The notes beneath the pieces were generated by a model, which did no database searches, had not been told where the DNA came from, and saw only the letters and a program-made list of their open reading frames with translations. Below, in pieces: positions 30,660 to 43,958 of a stretch of 64,000 bases of DNA (its first letter is position 1; every line of letters starts with the position of its first letter). The position numbers and the translations under genes are program-made. The stretch spans positions 124,000,001-124,064,000 of the forward strand of contig OZ024742.1 in NCBI GenBank assembly GCA_964016885.1, read 5' to 3'. This DNA comes from Eledone cirrhosa (lineage: Eukaryota).

Positions 30660-31538
30660 ATCTAAACCATCTATCGTTTAGCATGAAAGGGGCATCATTA
30701 GCCCTTATTTATTACTATTGACCTTTATTTTTACTTCTTCCAGAACGTGACTTTAGAACTTGAACAAGCAATTCACTCATTACTAAATCCTGTACAGCAA
30801 GCTTGTTCAATAGGTTCCATATCTCGTATTAACAACATTGATTATATTTTACTTCTGCTGATTATTACGTAACGTAATCGATGCTGTCAGCATATGAAGA
30901 CACAGTTCTCTCTTACATTTGTACATTCACTAATCTCGGATTTGCTTGGAACAAAATGCTGTATTAAAGCTGATACCATAACATACGCAGACAATTCAAT
31001 TAATGAAAAGAATGTATAAACATTTCATGAGATATAGATTGCAGAGATTTTGTCAGATAACTATAAGGTCACAATATTTTCCACAATGCTCTGAAGGAAT
31101 TCAATAATACCTATATACGATATCGACCTTAATTAAGACAGAAATATGGACTAGAGTAGGAAACACATCTAAGCCCATGCTAGCATCTTCGTTCATTTAT
31201 GTGTATTAGGAAATTATTTTCATCATGAACAAATTCTTTGGGCTCTGTAAATATTCCAACAATTTGGTTTCTAACATATTCTCAGTAATTATTTTATAGG
31301 TGAGTATTACTAAAAAGAAAAACATATTTCACCAATTATGTATTGTAAAAGTATACTAGAATTATCAGCATCTTATTTCAACACACACACGCATACACAC
31401 TCATATATCTAAACCATCTATCGTTTAGCATGAAAGGGGCATCATTAGCCCTTATTTATTACTATTGACCTTTATTTTTACTTCTTCCAGAACGTGACAT
31501 TAGAACTTGAACAAGCAATTCACTCATTACTAAATCCT
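30660..31538 (+). repeat. 132-bp near-perfect direct duplication (30660-30791 / 31407-31538)
   Basis: One mismatch seen (GACTTTAG vs GACATTAG). Confidence 0.9.
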
Positions 31539-33161
31539 AAAAAAATAAGGATCATGTGATATGTAACTCTACCATTATACCTTACAAATAAGTTCGAGAC
31601 TGAATGTGGGTAATTTCGAAACCTGTCTGCTCTAGAATTAAATAGATCACCATGGGATATTATCTCTAATGCGTCCATAGTGTGCAGATAACATTACCTG
31701 CGTTCTTCTAAGTTGGGCCTCACCGAATTAATTATGTTTCACATGAAATTGTAATAAATAATTTCAGTCTCAGGTTCCATATATATTTTGCTAAATATAT
31801 AGTTATGTTCGGATTCTCATTTAATATAATGGATACACTCATAATACTTTTTTATTGAAAGATTTGTCAGTTGACCCTATATAAATATGTGTCTTCCGAA
31901 GAGTCAACAGTACATTTATATGTAACATTTATCCTTAAGCAACCATTCGAGATCGGATAATTCAGTGGTTGCCTGCTGTTATAGTTACCCAAATCTATTT
32001 CAGTACATGAGTTAACCTGTTAGTGGTTCGGCTCGTGGTTTCCGCCTGTTGTCATCCTATTAATTCGCTCCACAGATACTAGTGATCTGTTGTTTGAAAT
32101 ATTTGTTCATTTATTAGTATTTGAGCTGCGTGATATAATTACTTTCATTTACACTAGTGCAACCATATTCATAGTCAATATAGTCTCCATGGATCGTTTT
32201 CTTATAGTTCCCTTCATTAGTTTACATTTTATTTGGTTTCCCAATTCCCGTATGGGTCATAAAGGCTGTATAGTTTACGAAGATATGAGTTGTGGAGTAG
32301 GGACATATAATTATCCATATAGTTTTTTTACGCTATTTGTGAGTAGGTGGGGAAATTTCTGTTTAAGTTATGGCAAAATAATTTAGATATTATGAACTGA
32401 AGTTTCATCCATATGATGGGTTGTGACATGTTATATTTTTTCCGCTGTTAGGTTATTTTTAGTAGACTAACCTTTGCTTCCAGGTAGTTTAATTCCATGG
32501 TGTCTCTTACTCCTACGTACAGATGGATTCATCAACGATGTTATGGTTCTTATGATATTCATTCTTATTTTGCTTTGTTTTAGTTCTATCCTGTGATTTA
32601 GTGTAGCACACACCCCCATAATCCGCCCGGCGTTATTATTACGCTGGCTTTACAGAGGTATAGAACACTCCTCTCTGCTAAAGATATAGCTGCTAAGTTT
32701 ATATCTGCTAAATTTATATCTTCTAGGCTCTGCTTGCTCGTTTTCTCATACTTCGTATTCGGCTGTTTATATATAATATTTTAAGTATATAACATATATG
32801 AGCCTGCGTTGACTTGCTGACACTGCGTTTCTCAAATCAATAAATAAATTGTTTCACTAATCTTATTTAAAATAGGTTATTTCTACGCGTGCTCCTCTAA
32901 AAGTTATATTTCGAGTAATTTCTAATATGACATGTTGAAAGTTTTCAAAAAATGTTTATGTGGTGTATATCTATAAGTAAAACAATCTCTGAACTTCATG
33001 CATTCTCAGATTAGTCATAGAAAGTTACGCAACATAACATGGATCTATGGGTTTGTAATAATTGTGTCAGTTCAACTGAGTCTTCCAATGAAGTATATAA
33101 ACAGTTGCAGAGTTGTGTCATTGAATAACATAATTATCAACATCCACTAATTTTGTATATT

Positions 33162-33286
33162 CAGGGTGGCCCAAAAGTCGCGTAACATAAAAAAATAATT
33201 ATGCTTTATAAGAAACAATTTAGTCAAAATAAATAAATATAAAACGTAATTATTTTTTTTATTTATCGCGACTTTTGCGCCACCTG
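33162..33286. mobile_element. Tc1/mariner-like MITE
   Basis: TIRs CAGGGTGGCCCAAAAGTCGCG / CGCGACTTTTGCGCCACCTG; TA follows the right end; AT-rich interior. Confidence 0.75.
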
Positions 33287-34905
33287 TATATAAAAGACAC
33301 ACACACCCACACACACACACATACACACACACGCACACGCACTCACACACACACAGATATCTATATATCTATATATATATTCGTATAATATTTATATAAA
33401 TATATATAACTACATATGCCGTATTACATATGTACAAGAGTGAGGGTTTTCATTTTCTATGTCGGTATTTTTTACGTATATACATCTATTATATTGGTAA
33501 TATTTATGGACATATATGAATGCTCGAAGAAGAATGTCTAATATTGCTCTGTAATTCTACCCACACTACTTCGGATTTCTGTGAAAACTGCTTCTTAGTA
33601 CTTCGCATTTAAACATTATTTCGATATGTTTGTACTTCGTTGAACCTCAATCTTACATGATGCGGAACTCTTCTTCTTTTGGAAGTATATTTATTTTACA
33701 GCACATGATATGCCTAATTTTATGCAACGCGATATGGGTTCATTCGAATTACCCGGAAAATGTGTTTTGAGACATGGGAAATTTTTGAAACATAATAGAT
33801 CAGCTGCTAGTCCCAAATCATAATTAAATGCTCTGAACCCCATGAAAAACAAGATATATACGCATATTAATTGATGGTAAAAGAAAATTCAAATAAATTC
33901 ATGGATTAAATTCTGTTTTGCTTATTTTTTCTGCATTTTCTAGTCGGATTGTTTTATACGATGTATTGTATTCTCTTAAAGAATGCATAAGCTTCTTAAG
34001 TTTTAATTCTCTATATAATACAAATAAAATAATCAAATAAAAATATAAAGACTTTCCGTCCTCAATTTTAATTTATAATGTAAAAGATTATGTTATTCTA
34101 ATGTTATTTGAAGAATAGTCTATACATAGAAACTTTGTCAGATTCATGTTTTGTATGACGTCAACTACCTTCTATTTGTTATATTCCTGATCAACATCTT
34201 TGAAAACATATTTTTTCTGACTAGCCTCGGATTTATTATTTCATTTATTGGTCAATCGTGCAATACGTTCCACCAAAATTATTATATTTCTTTCTTTAAA
34301 GAATTTGTTACATTGATGGATTAAAAAGTACACGTAAGTTTGAATATAATATTTTAAGTTTCATATTTGTATTTACGCACGCTTACATTTCGTTGATGAA
34401 ATATTCCAAAATGGTTATAGTTATAGTTATTGTTTTCATTTATATTTTAAAGCAGATGTATTTTTCGAACTATTAGAAAGAAATGATTCATCAATACATG
34501 GCACCGTCATGTTCAAAGTTTTAAAAATAAACCACCATTACTGTTGCTATATTTTAAAATGTGTTTACCGGGAAATTAGATTATTCTATAATAACTTTCT
34601 ATAATAAACCACGCGTACAACTAAACTTTGAAACCTAACGTAGAACGGAGCATTTTGCATGTAGGAGCATTCTTAACTACTCAATCAGCTCTCGAGCGCT
34701 AGATTGAGCACATTCTTCCTTGTTACTATATTCTCGCTGCATATGTATATGTGTGTATGGGTGTGTGTGTGAGAGAGAGAAAGAGAGAAAGAGAGTGTGT
34801 ATAGTCATAGAACACTGAGAGGTTATATCCGTAGTAAATAGAGCACTCAGTCCATAGAAAAGTTGTGTATAAAGTTACTTGCACACCATATTAGCAAACC
34901 ATTTG

Positions 34906-34942
34906 CGAGGACACCTGTTTCAACCAACGGATTTTCAACTCG
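34906..34942 (-). ncRNA. minimal type I HHR motif with U3-A8 core variant (within repeat 34801-34950)
   Basis: Minus strand CGAG-TTGAAAA-TCCgttGGTT-GAAA-CAggTG-TC-CTCG; homologous to the canonical-core HHR at 17358. Confidence 0.55.
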
Positions 34943-35332
34943 AGTTGAAAGGATGTAAAAAAGCAAGATGAAGAAAGTAAAGGAGGAGGGAGAAAAGATA
35001 ACACGTACGTCACAGATTATTAATGATTAACTTAAATTAACAGAGAGATCAAGACAACGAAAGGAAACAAGGTAGAATGATAAACACTATTTGGGGGGAA
35101 GCTTAAAGATTGTTTTGTAAATAAATAATAAAAATATAAAAAAAAGTCACAAGACTCCAGGTTACTCAGTCGTTAAGGTGGACTTTGGTAGTTTGGAACT
35201 CTACCAACGGTACTGCTAGTACACTCGGGGATCATAATCAGATGCCATCTAGTGGATATGTATACAAGTGTGTGTTACACTAACTATTTTAGGCACAAAT
35301 ATTTCATCAGGATTCTCATATAATTCTGAAGC

Positions 35333-35460
<128 letters not shown>

Positions 35461-35499
35461 TTGTGTGTGTGTATGTGTGGGGGGGGGGGGGTATGCGCG

Positions 35500-35579
<80 letters not shown>

Positions 35580-35605
35580 CGTGCGTACGCTCGCGTGTCT
35601 GTGTA

Positions 35606-36071
35606 CTTCGTTTTTGAATTTGAATTTGCAAGATTTCTTATCTGAAAACGTATGTTGAAACAGATATCATCTTACTTTCAGAGAGTTATGCTGCCAATAA
35701 AAACACTCGTTCGTTTTCACTTCAATTTATTACATTATTATAATAAATTTCCGGTTGGTTGATTGGTTCGATAACTGGGTGGTTGTTTATATATTGCGAA
35801 ACTACTTTGTCACACATTCTGTGGCCCCCTCAGTGACTGGGTTTTTTATTTAGTGATTCTCCTGTGTTCTGTCCTTCATCACCAAGATGGTGTAGGACAG
35901 AAAAAAAAGAGACACACGAAATAAAAAAAAACAGTCTCTGAGGGGGTCACAGAATGTGTGACGAAAGAGGTTTGACAATATATAAACAACCATCCGATTA
36001 TCGAAACAACCACGCAACCGGAAATTTGTAATAAATTGAAGTGAAAACCAACAGGTGCGTGTGTTTTTCTT

Positions 36072-36075
<4 letters not shown>
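35606..36075. mobile_element. non-autonomous fold-back pLTR of the PLE family at 38889-42772
   Basis: Both arms match the pLTR (TTTCACTTCAATTTATTA, TATATAAACAACC); decayed HHR CTGAGGG-G-GTCACA/TGTGAC-GAAA at 35934-35976. Confidence 0.8.
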
Positions 36076-36117
<42 letters not shown>

Positions 36118-36119
<2 letters not shown>

Positions 36120-36301
36120 CAAAGAGGGGGTGGACCGTAACGCAACAAAGTACTCCATATTTGTGATAATAGAGTGGGTAGTATAAACAGATTCAGGAAC
36201 CCGACAGCCGAGCACCGGCCGTTTCGATAGCTAAATCTGAACGCATAGTTCAGATCTAATTGTCGAAACGGCAGGAATTCAGCTGTCGAGGTCCTGTATC
36301 T

Positions 36302-36306
<5 letters not shown>
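36118..36306 (-). mobile_element. family A-related fold-back repeat
   Basis: Hairpin GCCGTTTCGATAGCTAAATCTGAAC..GTTCAGATCTAATTGTCGAAACGGC; flanked by (TA)n. Confidence 0.7.
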
Positions 36307-36351
<45 letters not shown>

Positions 36352-36372
36352 ATATTAATAAAATTGAAGACC

Positions 36373-36427
36373 AAAGTTTCAGAAGATCCCGTTAAGGGTG
36401 AAAGCAGCGATTCTTTGCTTAAACTTT
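36373..36427 (+). ncRNA. type I HHR motif with U4A core (CAGAAGA) and U10.1-U11.1
   Basis: AAAGTTT-CAGAAGA-T-CCC gttaa GGG-T-GAAA-GCA gcgattctt TGC-TT-AAACTTT; all three stems pair. Confidence 0.7.
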
Positions 36428-36774
36428 AATCTGTTATTTTAATAAATATATATATATATATGTGTGTGTGTGTCTGTGTGTGTAAAAGTTAAACAGAAAT
36501 AACAACACAATCGGTACAGTATATATAATAGGTTAACGATTGAAATAACAGGAAGAAGGTCTTAACGTTTCGGACGGTCCTACTAGAATTTCAGCCTTTT
36601 TATAATGTTTGAACATTCCGTTACATTTACAAATACACTAACAATCATACATTAATATATTCCTCAAATAAATACAGTGTTTTATCCAAGTTTAGCTTCA
36701 CCATATAGCAATTCATCACAAATTTGTCTTCCCATTTCTATTTAGTCATTATATGTAATTCATATAATGATTTC

Positions 36775-36950
36775 TACTTTTGGCACAAGGCCAGCAATTA
36801 CTCAGTACATTACTGGTACTTTATTTTATCGACCCTGTAAGGATGAAAGGCAAAGTTAACCTCGGCGGAATTTGAACTCAGTTCGTATAGGGACGTACCT
36901 GTGCTGCAAAGCATGGCGTATGACCCTCTACCGATACTGCCAATCCATGA
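36775..36950 (-). mobile_element. SINE (family 1)
   Basis: TGGCACAAGGCCAGCAATT...GGAATTTGAACTCAG...CCGATACTGCCAATCC. Confidence 0.88.
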
Positions 36951-37864
36951 GATGTATTTGAATGCCACACGAATCTCTTCATTTTCACAGTAAGTCTAAA
37001 GGTTTTTTTCTAATATACAGTAAACAAGAACTCTAAGAAGTGTATGGTTCTAATCTGAAATATAATAAAAAATGATAGGAAGTTAAGCTACTTTGATAAA
37101 TGATAAATCTCAAAACATGCTAATTCAACTATGCTTTCAGCTGCTCTGAACTAAGGTTTCTCTTCATATTTCGAATCAGATATTTCTTTCAGAATAAGAT
37201 GGAAGAATGATTAGTAATGATTGCGAACATTTTTCAATTTGTACAGAGTAATATATCTCTTTAATTACAATTTCCTTAATATCTAGAATGTAGTAGAAAA
37301 CAACAAATCTGAAACATCATTTCATAGATCCCATGAATTGTCTATTTGTGTTGGACTAAGATCATAATGACATGGGTTCGATTCCTAGACTGTGTTGTGT
37401 TAATTTATGCCCCACTATAGTAGGCTGAAAATAAATACCAGCAATAGCTGGGGGTTTACACTTGTGATTGACGGGCGCGCTGTCTAGGATATAAGTCCGT
37501 CGCATTATTCACCGGTCTGATGAGCTTCTGGACTCGAGACATACATTTTACATGGATGAAAGGCAACGTTGTTTTGGAGGGATTTGAAAATATATGTCCG
37601 TAGGTACATATCACAGAGTGGCATTCGATTCACGACATAAAACACCTCATTGAATGCTGCAATATATTCATTCGTTCATCATCTAAATGGATATATTATA
37701 TAACGCTAATGTATTTTAAAAACAATGCACTGCTTCAACGAATACACAAAAAAACACGTATCATATACGAAAGATTCTAAAGTTGTGTTTCCAAATACAC
37801 TAATATATATATATATATATGTGAGTGTGTGAGTGTATGTGTGTGTATATATTATTAAAATTAC

Positions 37865-37929
37865 AGATTAAAGTTTAAGCAAAGAATCGCTGCTTTCACC
37901 GTTAACGGGATCTTCTGAAACTTTAATCT
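37865..37929 (-). ncRNA. HHR motif, CAGAAGA-core family
   Basis: Minus strand AGATTAAAGTTT-CAGAAGA-TCCCGTTAACGGT-GAAA-GCA..TGC-TT-AAACTTTAATCT; the outer part of stem I may come from the fold-back arm. Confidence 0.68.
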
Positions 37930-38036
37930 AATTTTAATAAATATTTGCTCTAGGATTCTTATATATTTGATATATATTTATCCTTATCCTTATCGAGCCC
38001 GCTCTGGATTTTAGTCTTCACACTTATTATTATTAC

Positions 38037-38075
<39 letters not shown>

Positions 38076-38104
38076 CGAGAGCGAGGGATAGAGGGAGGGG
38101 ATAT

Positions 38105-38172
<68 letters not shown>

Positions 38173-39098
38173 TGAGAGAGAGAAAGAAAATTACATAAAT
38201 ATTAACAAAAATACCATAACAGATGAGTGTAAATGAATAGGTCATCAGAGTGATTGTTGAACATTGAACAAAATAATATTTGTTGTTGTTGTTGTTGTCG
38301 TAGTTGAGGTCATATTTATACTACTGACAGTTGCTGATATAACTAAAATTCTATTTATCTTTCATGTATTACTTTCTACCTTTTACACCCTCCTCATCGC
38401 ATTTTATCTTTTTTTCTTTTTTCTCGTCTTATCTTCGTTTTCTACTCACTCCACTTGTATCTCCTCCTTTCCCCTTTCAACATGATCTATTCATTCATAC
38501 TTGCCTTCTATATATTCGTATACGTGAACTTTGAAATATCGTTGTAACTACATATTATCTAAGTAATTGGATTCGAGTTAATTTGATTAAAACAATCAAG
38601 TGTTAACAGGTAAAATGTATATGTAATATATACGATGAAAGACTAGTAAGTGTTACGCAATAAAAATTATTCCCACTCAATGGTGCTTTTAATAATATTT
38701 TTGTAATTTTATATATAGACACCTGAAATTGATACACGTGGAAACTATATAACTATCACAAGATATACCAATTCTAATAATTCGTACGTTGACTAAAACG
38801 ATAGTGTGAGCGTGTTTTCTTTCTATTCTTGTGGAGCAATCAAATCAATTGATTACTCTAAGGGAATTCGGACAATACTATATATATATTTCGTTTCTGA
38901 ATTTGTTTAGCAAGATTCTTTTTCTGAAAACGTGTGGTGAAACAGATATTGTTATACTTTGGGAGGGTCATGTTGCCAATAAGAAACACACGCACCAGTG
39001 CTTTCACTTCAATTTATTATAATAAATTTATAAATTTAGGAATTTATAAATTTCCGGTTGGTTGGTTGGTTCCACAACCAGATGGTTGTTTATATATT

Positions 39099-39141
39099 GT
39101 CAAAGTTCGTTCGTCACACATTCTGTGACCTCTTCAGTGAC
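39099..39141 (-). ncRNA. HHR motif in the inverted pLTR (GAAA mutated to GAAC)
   Basis: Minus strand GTCA-CTGAAGA-G-GTCACA gaatg TGTGAC-GAAC gaac-TT-TGAC. Confidence 0.6.
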
Positions 39142-40275
39142 TAGGAATTCTTTTCTTTGTTTTTGTGCCTCTCCTTTGTTCTGCCCTACGCCATCTTGTT
39201 TATATGTGTGTGTTGTGTGCTCAGTCTGCGCATGCGCCACATCCGGGTGTCTGTGTGTGTTTATATTCGTTTATTTATTTGTTTATTTACATGTTACTGG
39301 TTGGTTGTTTGTTCTATGTGCGTGTGTGTTTTCATTTTGTCCTTAATTGTAAGTTGTGATGTTACTGTTCCACTCATCTTTTCTATTTAATTTTGGTTGT
39401 AATTCTTTTATGTTTATTGCCTCTGTGATTTGTCTAAACATTGCGTCTTTTCTGTGTGTAGATTCTATTTTTATTTCTATGTTATCTAATTTAACCTTAT
39501 GTTCTATTTTAGCATGTTAGTAGAGTACAGATGATTCTTTACTATCTTGAAGGTCTCGCCAGTGTTCATTTATCCGTTACCTTACACTACGAGCTGTCTC
39601 ACCTGTGTACACTATATTTTTATCTCTACATTGTCCTTCAGTACATCTTATGCTATATACTACATTTCTAGTTTTACAGTTAATATGGGGGCTTAATTTA
39701 CATGTTATACATTTCTTATCTATACAGGGGGGTCTTTGAAAAGGGTATGTCTTGCTAATAAGTGTTTTTATGGAGGTACCTGGTCTTTCTACTATCTTAA
39801 TATTGATTTTAGGCCCTTCTAAATTTGTAAGCTAATTCACCTCTAGGGGTTGTATCGATGAACATTACACTCTGGTATTTATTCCTATCATACCATGAGT
39901 TTATTCTATTAGTCTTATTCCTAGTTCTTTCTATTATATTCCAAAATTTTCTCCTATACAAGGGGCAGGTCCCATTTGTGTAATTTTTTCCCATTTTTTC
40001 CTATTTGGTTCTGGCTCCTCTATACACTCTGATTTTATCTATCTGATTGTAACCAGAGAACGGCATACGGTGGATGAAGTGTTGTATGTGTCTCTCTAGA
40101 CGTGCGGGACACGTTTCTCATCACCCGTATCAAATCCGCAATCAGTATGTTGATTTTGGTATGGTCCGAAACAGCTGAGTTTCGGTGGATCAGATATTTG
40201 GAAGTCGGGGTTTGGCATAATGGGAATGGAGGATTTATTTTTTTTTATTAATGGTTATTATTTTGGAACAATGAT

Positions 40276-41256
40276 GTGCCAGCGTTGTATGGGCTTCGAA
40301 AAGACCATAAAACGGTCAGTGACCCTGTCACGGGACCACCAACACGGCCAGTCTGTGGAGCTAACATTGCTAGTAACTACAGACTGTCCTACTTCCTCTC
40401 TCTGATCATACACCCCATCATTGAAATGTCCCCAGATGTATGTGACAGCACGGAGGACCTCCTCAGCAGAATCAGCGAGGGTAACCGATCTAGGGACCTA
40501 ACAAACTGCATAATAGGTAGTATGGATGTTGTGTCCCTGTATCCATCTATTGACGTGGATTTTGCTGTGGAGAAATGTGTAGAAATGATCAGTGAGAGCA
40601 CTGTTGAGTTCCGTGGGATTGATACAAGTGAGCTGGGACTCCTACTTAAACTTACCTATAGTAATAATTATCTAGACACATATGACCTTAGCAACCTGTG
40701 CCCTACAAGACCAGCAAGAGGCAGACCACCTACCATTTCCTCAATGGCCAAGAAAACCCACACAGATAGATGGAACGGGTGGACCAGAGCCATACGGACC
40801 CCCGAAAACCACGATGAACTAAAGAAAATGATTGCATATGCGGTGGGGGCCAGCATAAAATTGACCCTTCAGGAACATATGTTCAAATTTAATGGAAAAA
40901 CATATGCTCAAGAGGAGGGAGCAGCCATTGGTGTTAGCATTGCAGGCGACATAGCTAACTTATTCATGGTATGGTGGGACAGTAGACTTAAACTTAAACT
41001 TAAAGAACAATTAGAAGACCCCTTAACCCTGATAATGTACTCCCGCTACGTTGATGATATAAACATCGTAGTTTAAACACCCCCACTAGAGAACACTCAG
41101 GAATAACAGAAAAACAGAATGGAAAGCATCGAGCAAATAGCTATCTCCATTCACCAGAGTATTAGAGTTACTATAGACTACCGAAGCAAACACCCCAACC
41201 ATCGATTACCTGTAGTAGACACAGATCTCTGGTTAGATACCATTAATAACAAATAA
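40276..41256 (+). pseudogene. PLE reverse transcriptase fragment
   Basis: LYGLRKDHK...RPV, SMDVVSLYPSI, GAAIGVSIAGDIANLFM, SRYVDD; stop at 41076, then disrupted. Confidence 0.9.
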
Positions 41257-41443
41257 GAAGGCGGTGGATTAGCAGTATCGGTAGAGGGTCGGACGCCATG
41301 CTTTCCAGCATAGTTACGTCCCTTGACGATCTGAGTTCAAATCCCGCCGAGGTTGACTTTGCCTTTCATCCTTACGGGGTCGATAAAATAAAGTACCAGT
41401 AATGCAATGGGTAATTGCTGGCCTTGTGCCTAAAGTAAAAACA
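41257..41443 (+). mobile_element. tRNA-derived SINE (family 1) inserted into the PLE with a 15-bp TSD
   Basis: TSD ATTAATAACAAATAA at 41242-41256 and 41444-41458; A-box-like TAGCAGTATCGG and B-box GAGTTCAAATC. Confidence 0.93.
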
Positions 41444-41488
41444 ATTAATAACAAATAACAAATCCTCCATTCCCATTATGCCAAACCC

Positions 41489-42376
41489 ATGACTTCCAAA
41501 TATCTGATCCACCGAAACTCAGCTGTTTCGGACCATACCAAAATCAACATACTGATTGCGGATTTGATACGGGTGATGAGAAACGTGCCCCGCATGTGCA
41601 ACCCCGAAGAACTAGAGAGACACATACAACACTTCATCCACCGTATGCAGTTCTCTGGTTATCAGATAGATAAAATCAGAGTGTATAGAGGAGCCAGAAC
41701 CAAATGGGAAAAAATGGTGAATAATGATACAAATGGGACCTGCCCCTTGTATAGGAGCAAATTTTGGAATAGAATAGAAATAACTAGGAATATGACTAAT
41801 AGAATAAACTCATGGTATGCTAGCAATAAATACGAGAGTGTAATGTTCATCGATACAACCCCTAGAGGTGAATTAGCTTACACATTTAGAAGGGCCCTAG
41901 ATAAACATAAACTCAATATTAAGATAGTAGAAAGACCAGGTACCTCCATAAAAACGCTTATTATCAAGACATACACTTTTCAAAGACCCCCATGTATAGA
42001 TAAGAAATGTATAACCTGTAAATTAAGCCCCCATATTAACTGTGAAACTAGAAATGTAGTATATAGCATAAGATGTACTGATGGACAATGTAGAGATAAA
42101 AATATAGTGTACATAGGTGAGACAGCTCGTAGTGTAGGGGAACGGATAAATGAACACTGGCAAGACCTTCAAGATAGTAAAAAATCATATGTACTCTACC
42201 AACATGCTAAAATAGAACATAAGGGTAAATTAGATAACATAGAAATAAAAATAGAATCTACACACGGAAAAGACGCAATGTTTAGACAAATCACAGAGGC
42301 AATAAACATAAAAGAATTACAACCAAAATTAAATAGAAAAGATGAGTGGAACAGCAACATCACAACTTACAATTAA
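41489..42376 (+). pseudogene. PLE C-terminal region with GIY-YIG endonuclease
   Basis: CxxxxCxxC linker, NVVYSIRC...YIGETARSVGERINEH, EAINIKELQPKLN. Confidence 0.9.
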
Positions 42377-42577
42377 GGACAAAATAAAAACACACACGCA
42401 CATAGAACAAACAACCAACCAGTAACATGTAAATACACAAATAAATAAACGAATATAAACACACACAGACACCCGGATGTGGCGCATGCGCATACTGAGC
42501 ACACAACACACACACAGAAACAAGATGGCGTAGGACAGAACAAAGGAGAGGCACAAAAACAAAGAAAATAATCCCCA

Positions 42578-42620
42578 TTCACTGAAGAGGTCACATAATG
42601 TGTGACGAAAAAACTTTGAC
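42578..42620 (+). ncRNA. minimal type I HHR motif in the PLE pLTR
   Basis: TCA-CTGAAGA-G-GTCACA taatg TGTGAC-GAAA-aaac-TT-TGA; family consensus stem I GTCA/TGAC; one extra nucleotide after A9. Confidence 0.7.
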
Positions 42621-42891
42621 AATATATAAACAACCATCTGGTTGTGGAACCATCCAACCAACCGGAAATTTATAAATTCCTAAATTTATAAATTTATTAT
42701 AATAAATTGAAGTGAAAGCACTGGTGCGTGTGTTTCTTATTGGCAACATGACCCTCCCAAAGTATAACACCATATATATATATAAATATTTATATATATA
42801 TATGTATGTTTTGAAGTTTACGTTGAAAATTGAAAAAGTCATAGGAGTGAAGAGTGCTCTATGCAAGTTACAGAGCTAAGTTTAATGTATT

Positions 42892-43958
42892 ATAAACAAT
42901 ACAGTATAATTACCTCATTACCAGAGGTATCTCGAATAAGACCAGTACAAGAAACGTCCTCATTCGTTCGTCAGAAGTGGCAATTTAAAACATAGTGAAA
43001 TATTTGAAAAATCTCCCCAAGAAAGGCAAAAGTTTAACGGGCAAGAACAATATATAAATAAAAGTAATGCAAGAGATATATAAAAATAAAATAAGGAAAT
43101 ATAGTAAGGCTATGTGTATAAATGTGTGTATATGCACCTACACATGTACATATGTGTGTATGTACAAATGCATGAGTATAGAGAAAAAATGTGTGCGTAA
43201 GTACATACATGAGGGCAAGCATAACAGTGTATGCGTGACCACAATTAGGTATACCATATATGTTGAAAAAAAAGAAATTGTAAGATAATAGAGTTAGCGT
43301 ACATAAAGACTCAGGGACTAAGGATTGTAATATATACACATACAAGTATTATTTATTCTCATATATTTTTTCATTTTTTCATTTTAATATTTTATATTTT
43401 TATATATGCATCGACCTGACACTGCTTTGACTGATACACACCCTTCCCTGTATATATCACATGCATGTATGTGGTTGCGCGTGTGTGTGTGCTTATGCGG
43501 GTGCTTTCATACTTGTATGTGTATATATTTCAATCATTAGTCACTGAGTCTGTATGTACGCTAACTCTATTATCTTAGAATTTCTTTTTTTAACATTATT
43601 ATATACCTATTTGTGGTCACACATACACTGATATACTTGCCTTCATGTATGTACTTACGCACACACACATGTTTTCACAATACACATGCATTTGTACATA
43701 CACACATATGTACATTTGTAGGTGGATATACACACATTTATACATACACTCTTACTATATTTCCTTATTTTATTGTTGTATATCTCTTGCATTACTTTTA
43801 TTTATATATTTTTATTGCCCGTTAAACTTTTGCCTTTCTTGAGATGTTTCAAATATTTCACTATGTTTTAAATTGCCTTGTCTGACGAACGAATGAGGAC
43901 ATTTCTTGTATTCGTCTTATTCGGGAAACCTCTGGTAATGAGGGAATTATATTGTATT

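Larger units (their letters stand above)
38889..42772 (+). mobile_element. Penelope-like retroelement, 5'-truncated with an inverted copy of its 3' end
   Basis: About 38945-40255 is the reverse complement of 41460-42770; RT and GIY-YIG ORFs on the plus strand; TA tracts at both ends. Confidence 0.93.

Noticed and set aside
36555-36600. Minus-strand GGACcGTCC-GAAA-CG-TT, typical of PLE HHR 3' halves
   Set aside because: The upstream core is unrecognisable (CTAGTA); possibly a dead HHR but not supportable.
37515-37545. CTGATGAGCTTCTGGACTCGAGA, hammerhead-like
   Set aside because: No GAAA and no stem I or III; lies in a decayed SINE-like region.
38920-38958. CTGAAAA-cgtgtggt-GAAA-CAgatatTG-TT motif (also near 35640)
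   Set aside because: C3-A8 mismatch, very weak stems, and antisense to the PLE; likely chance.
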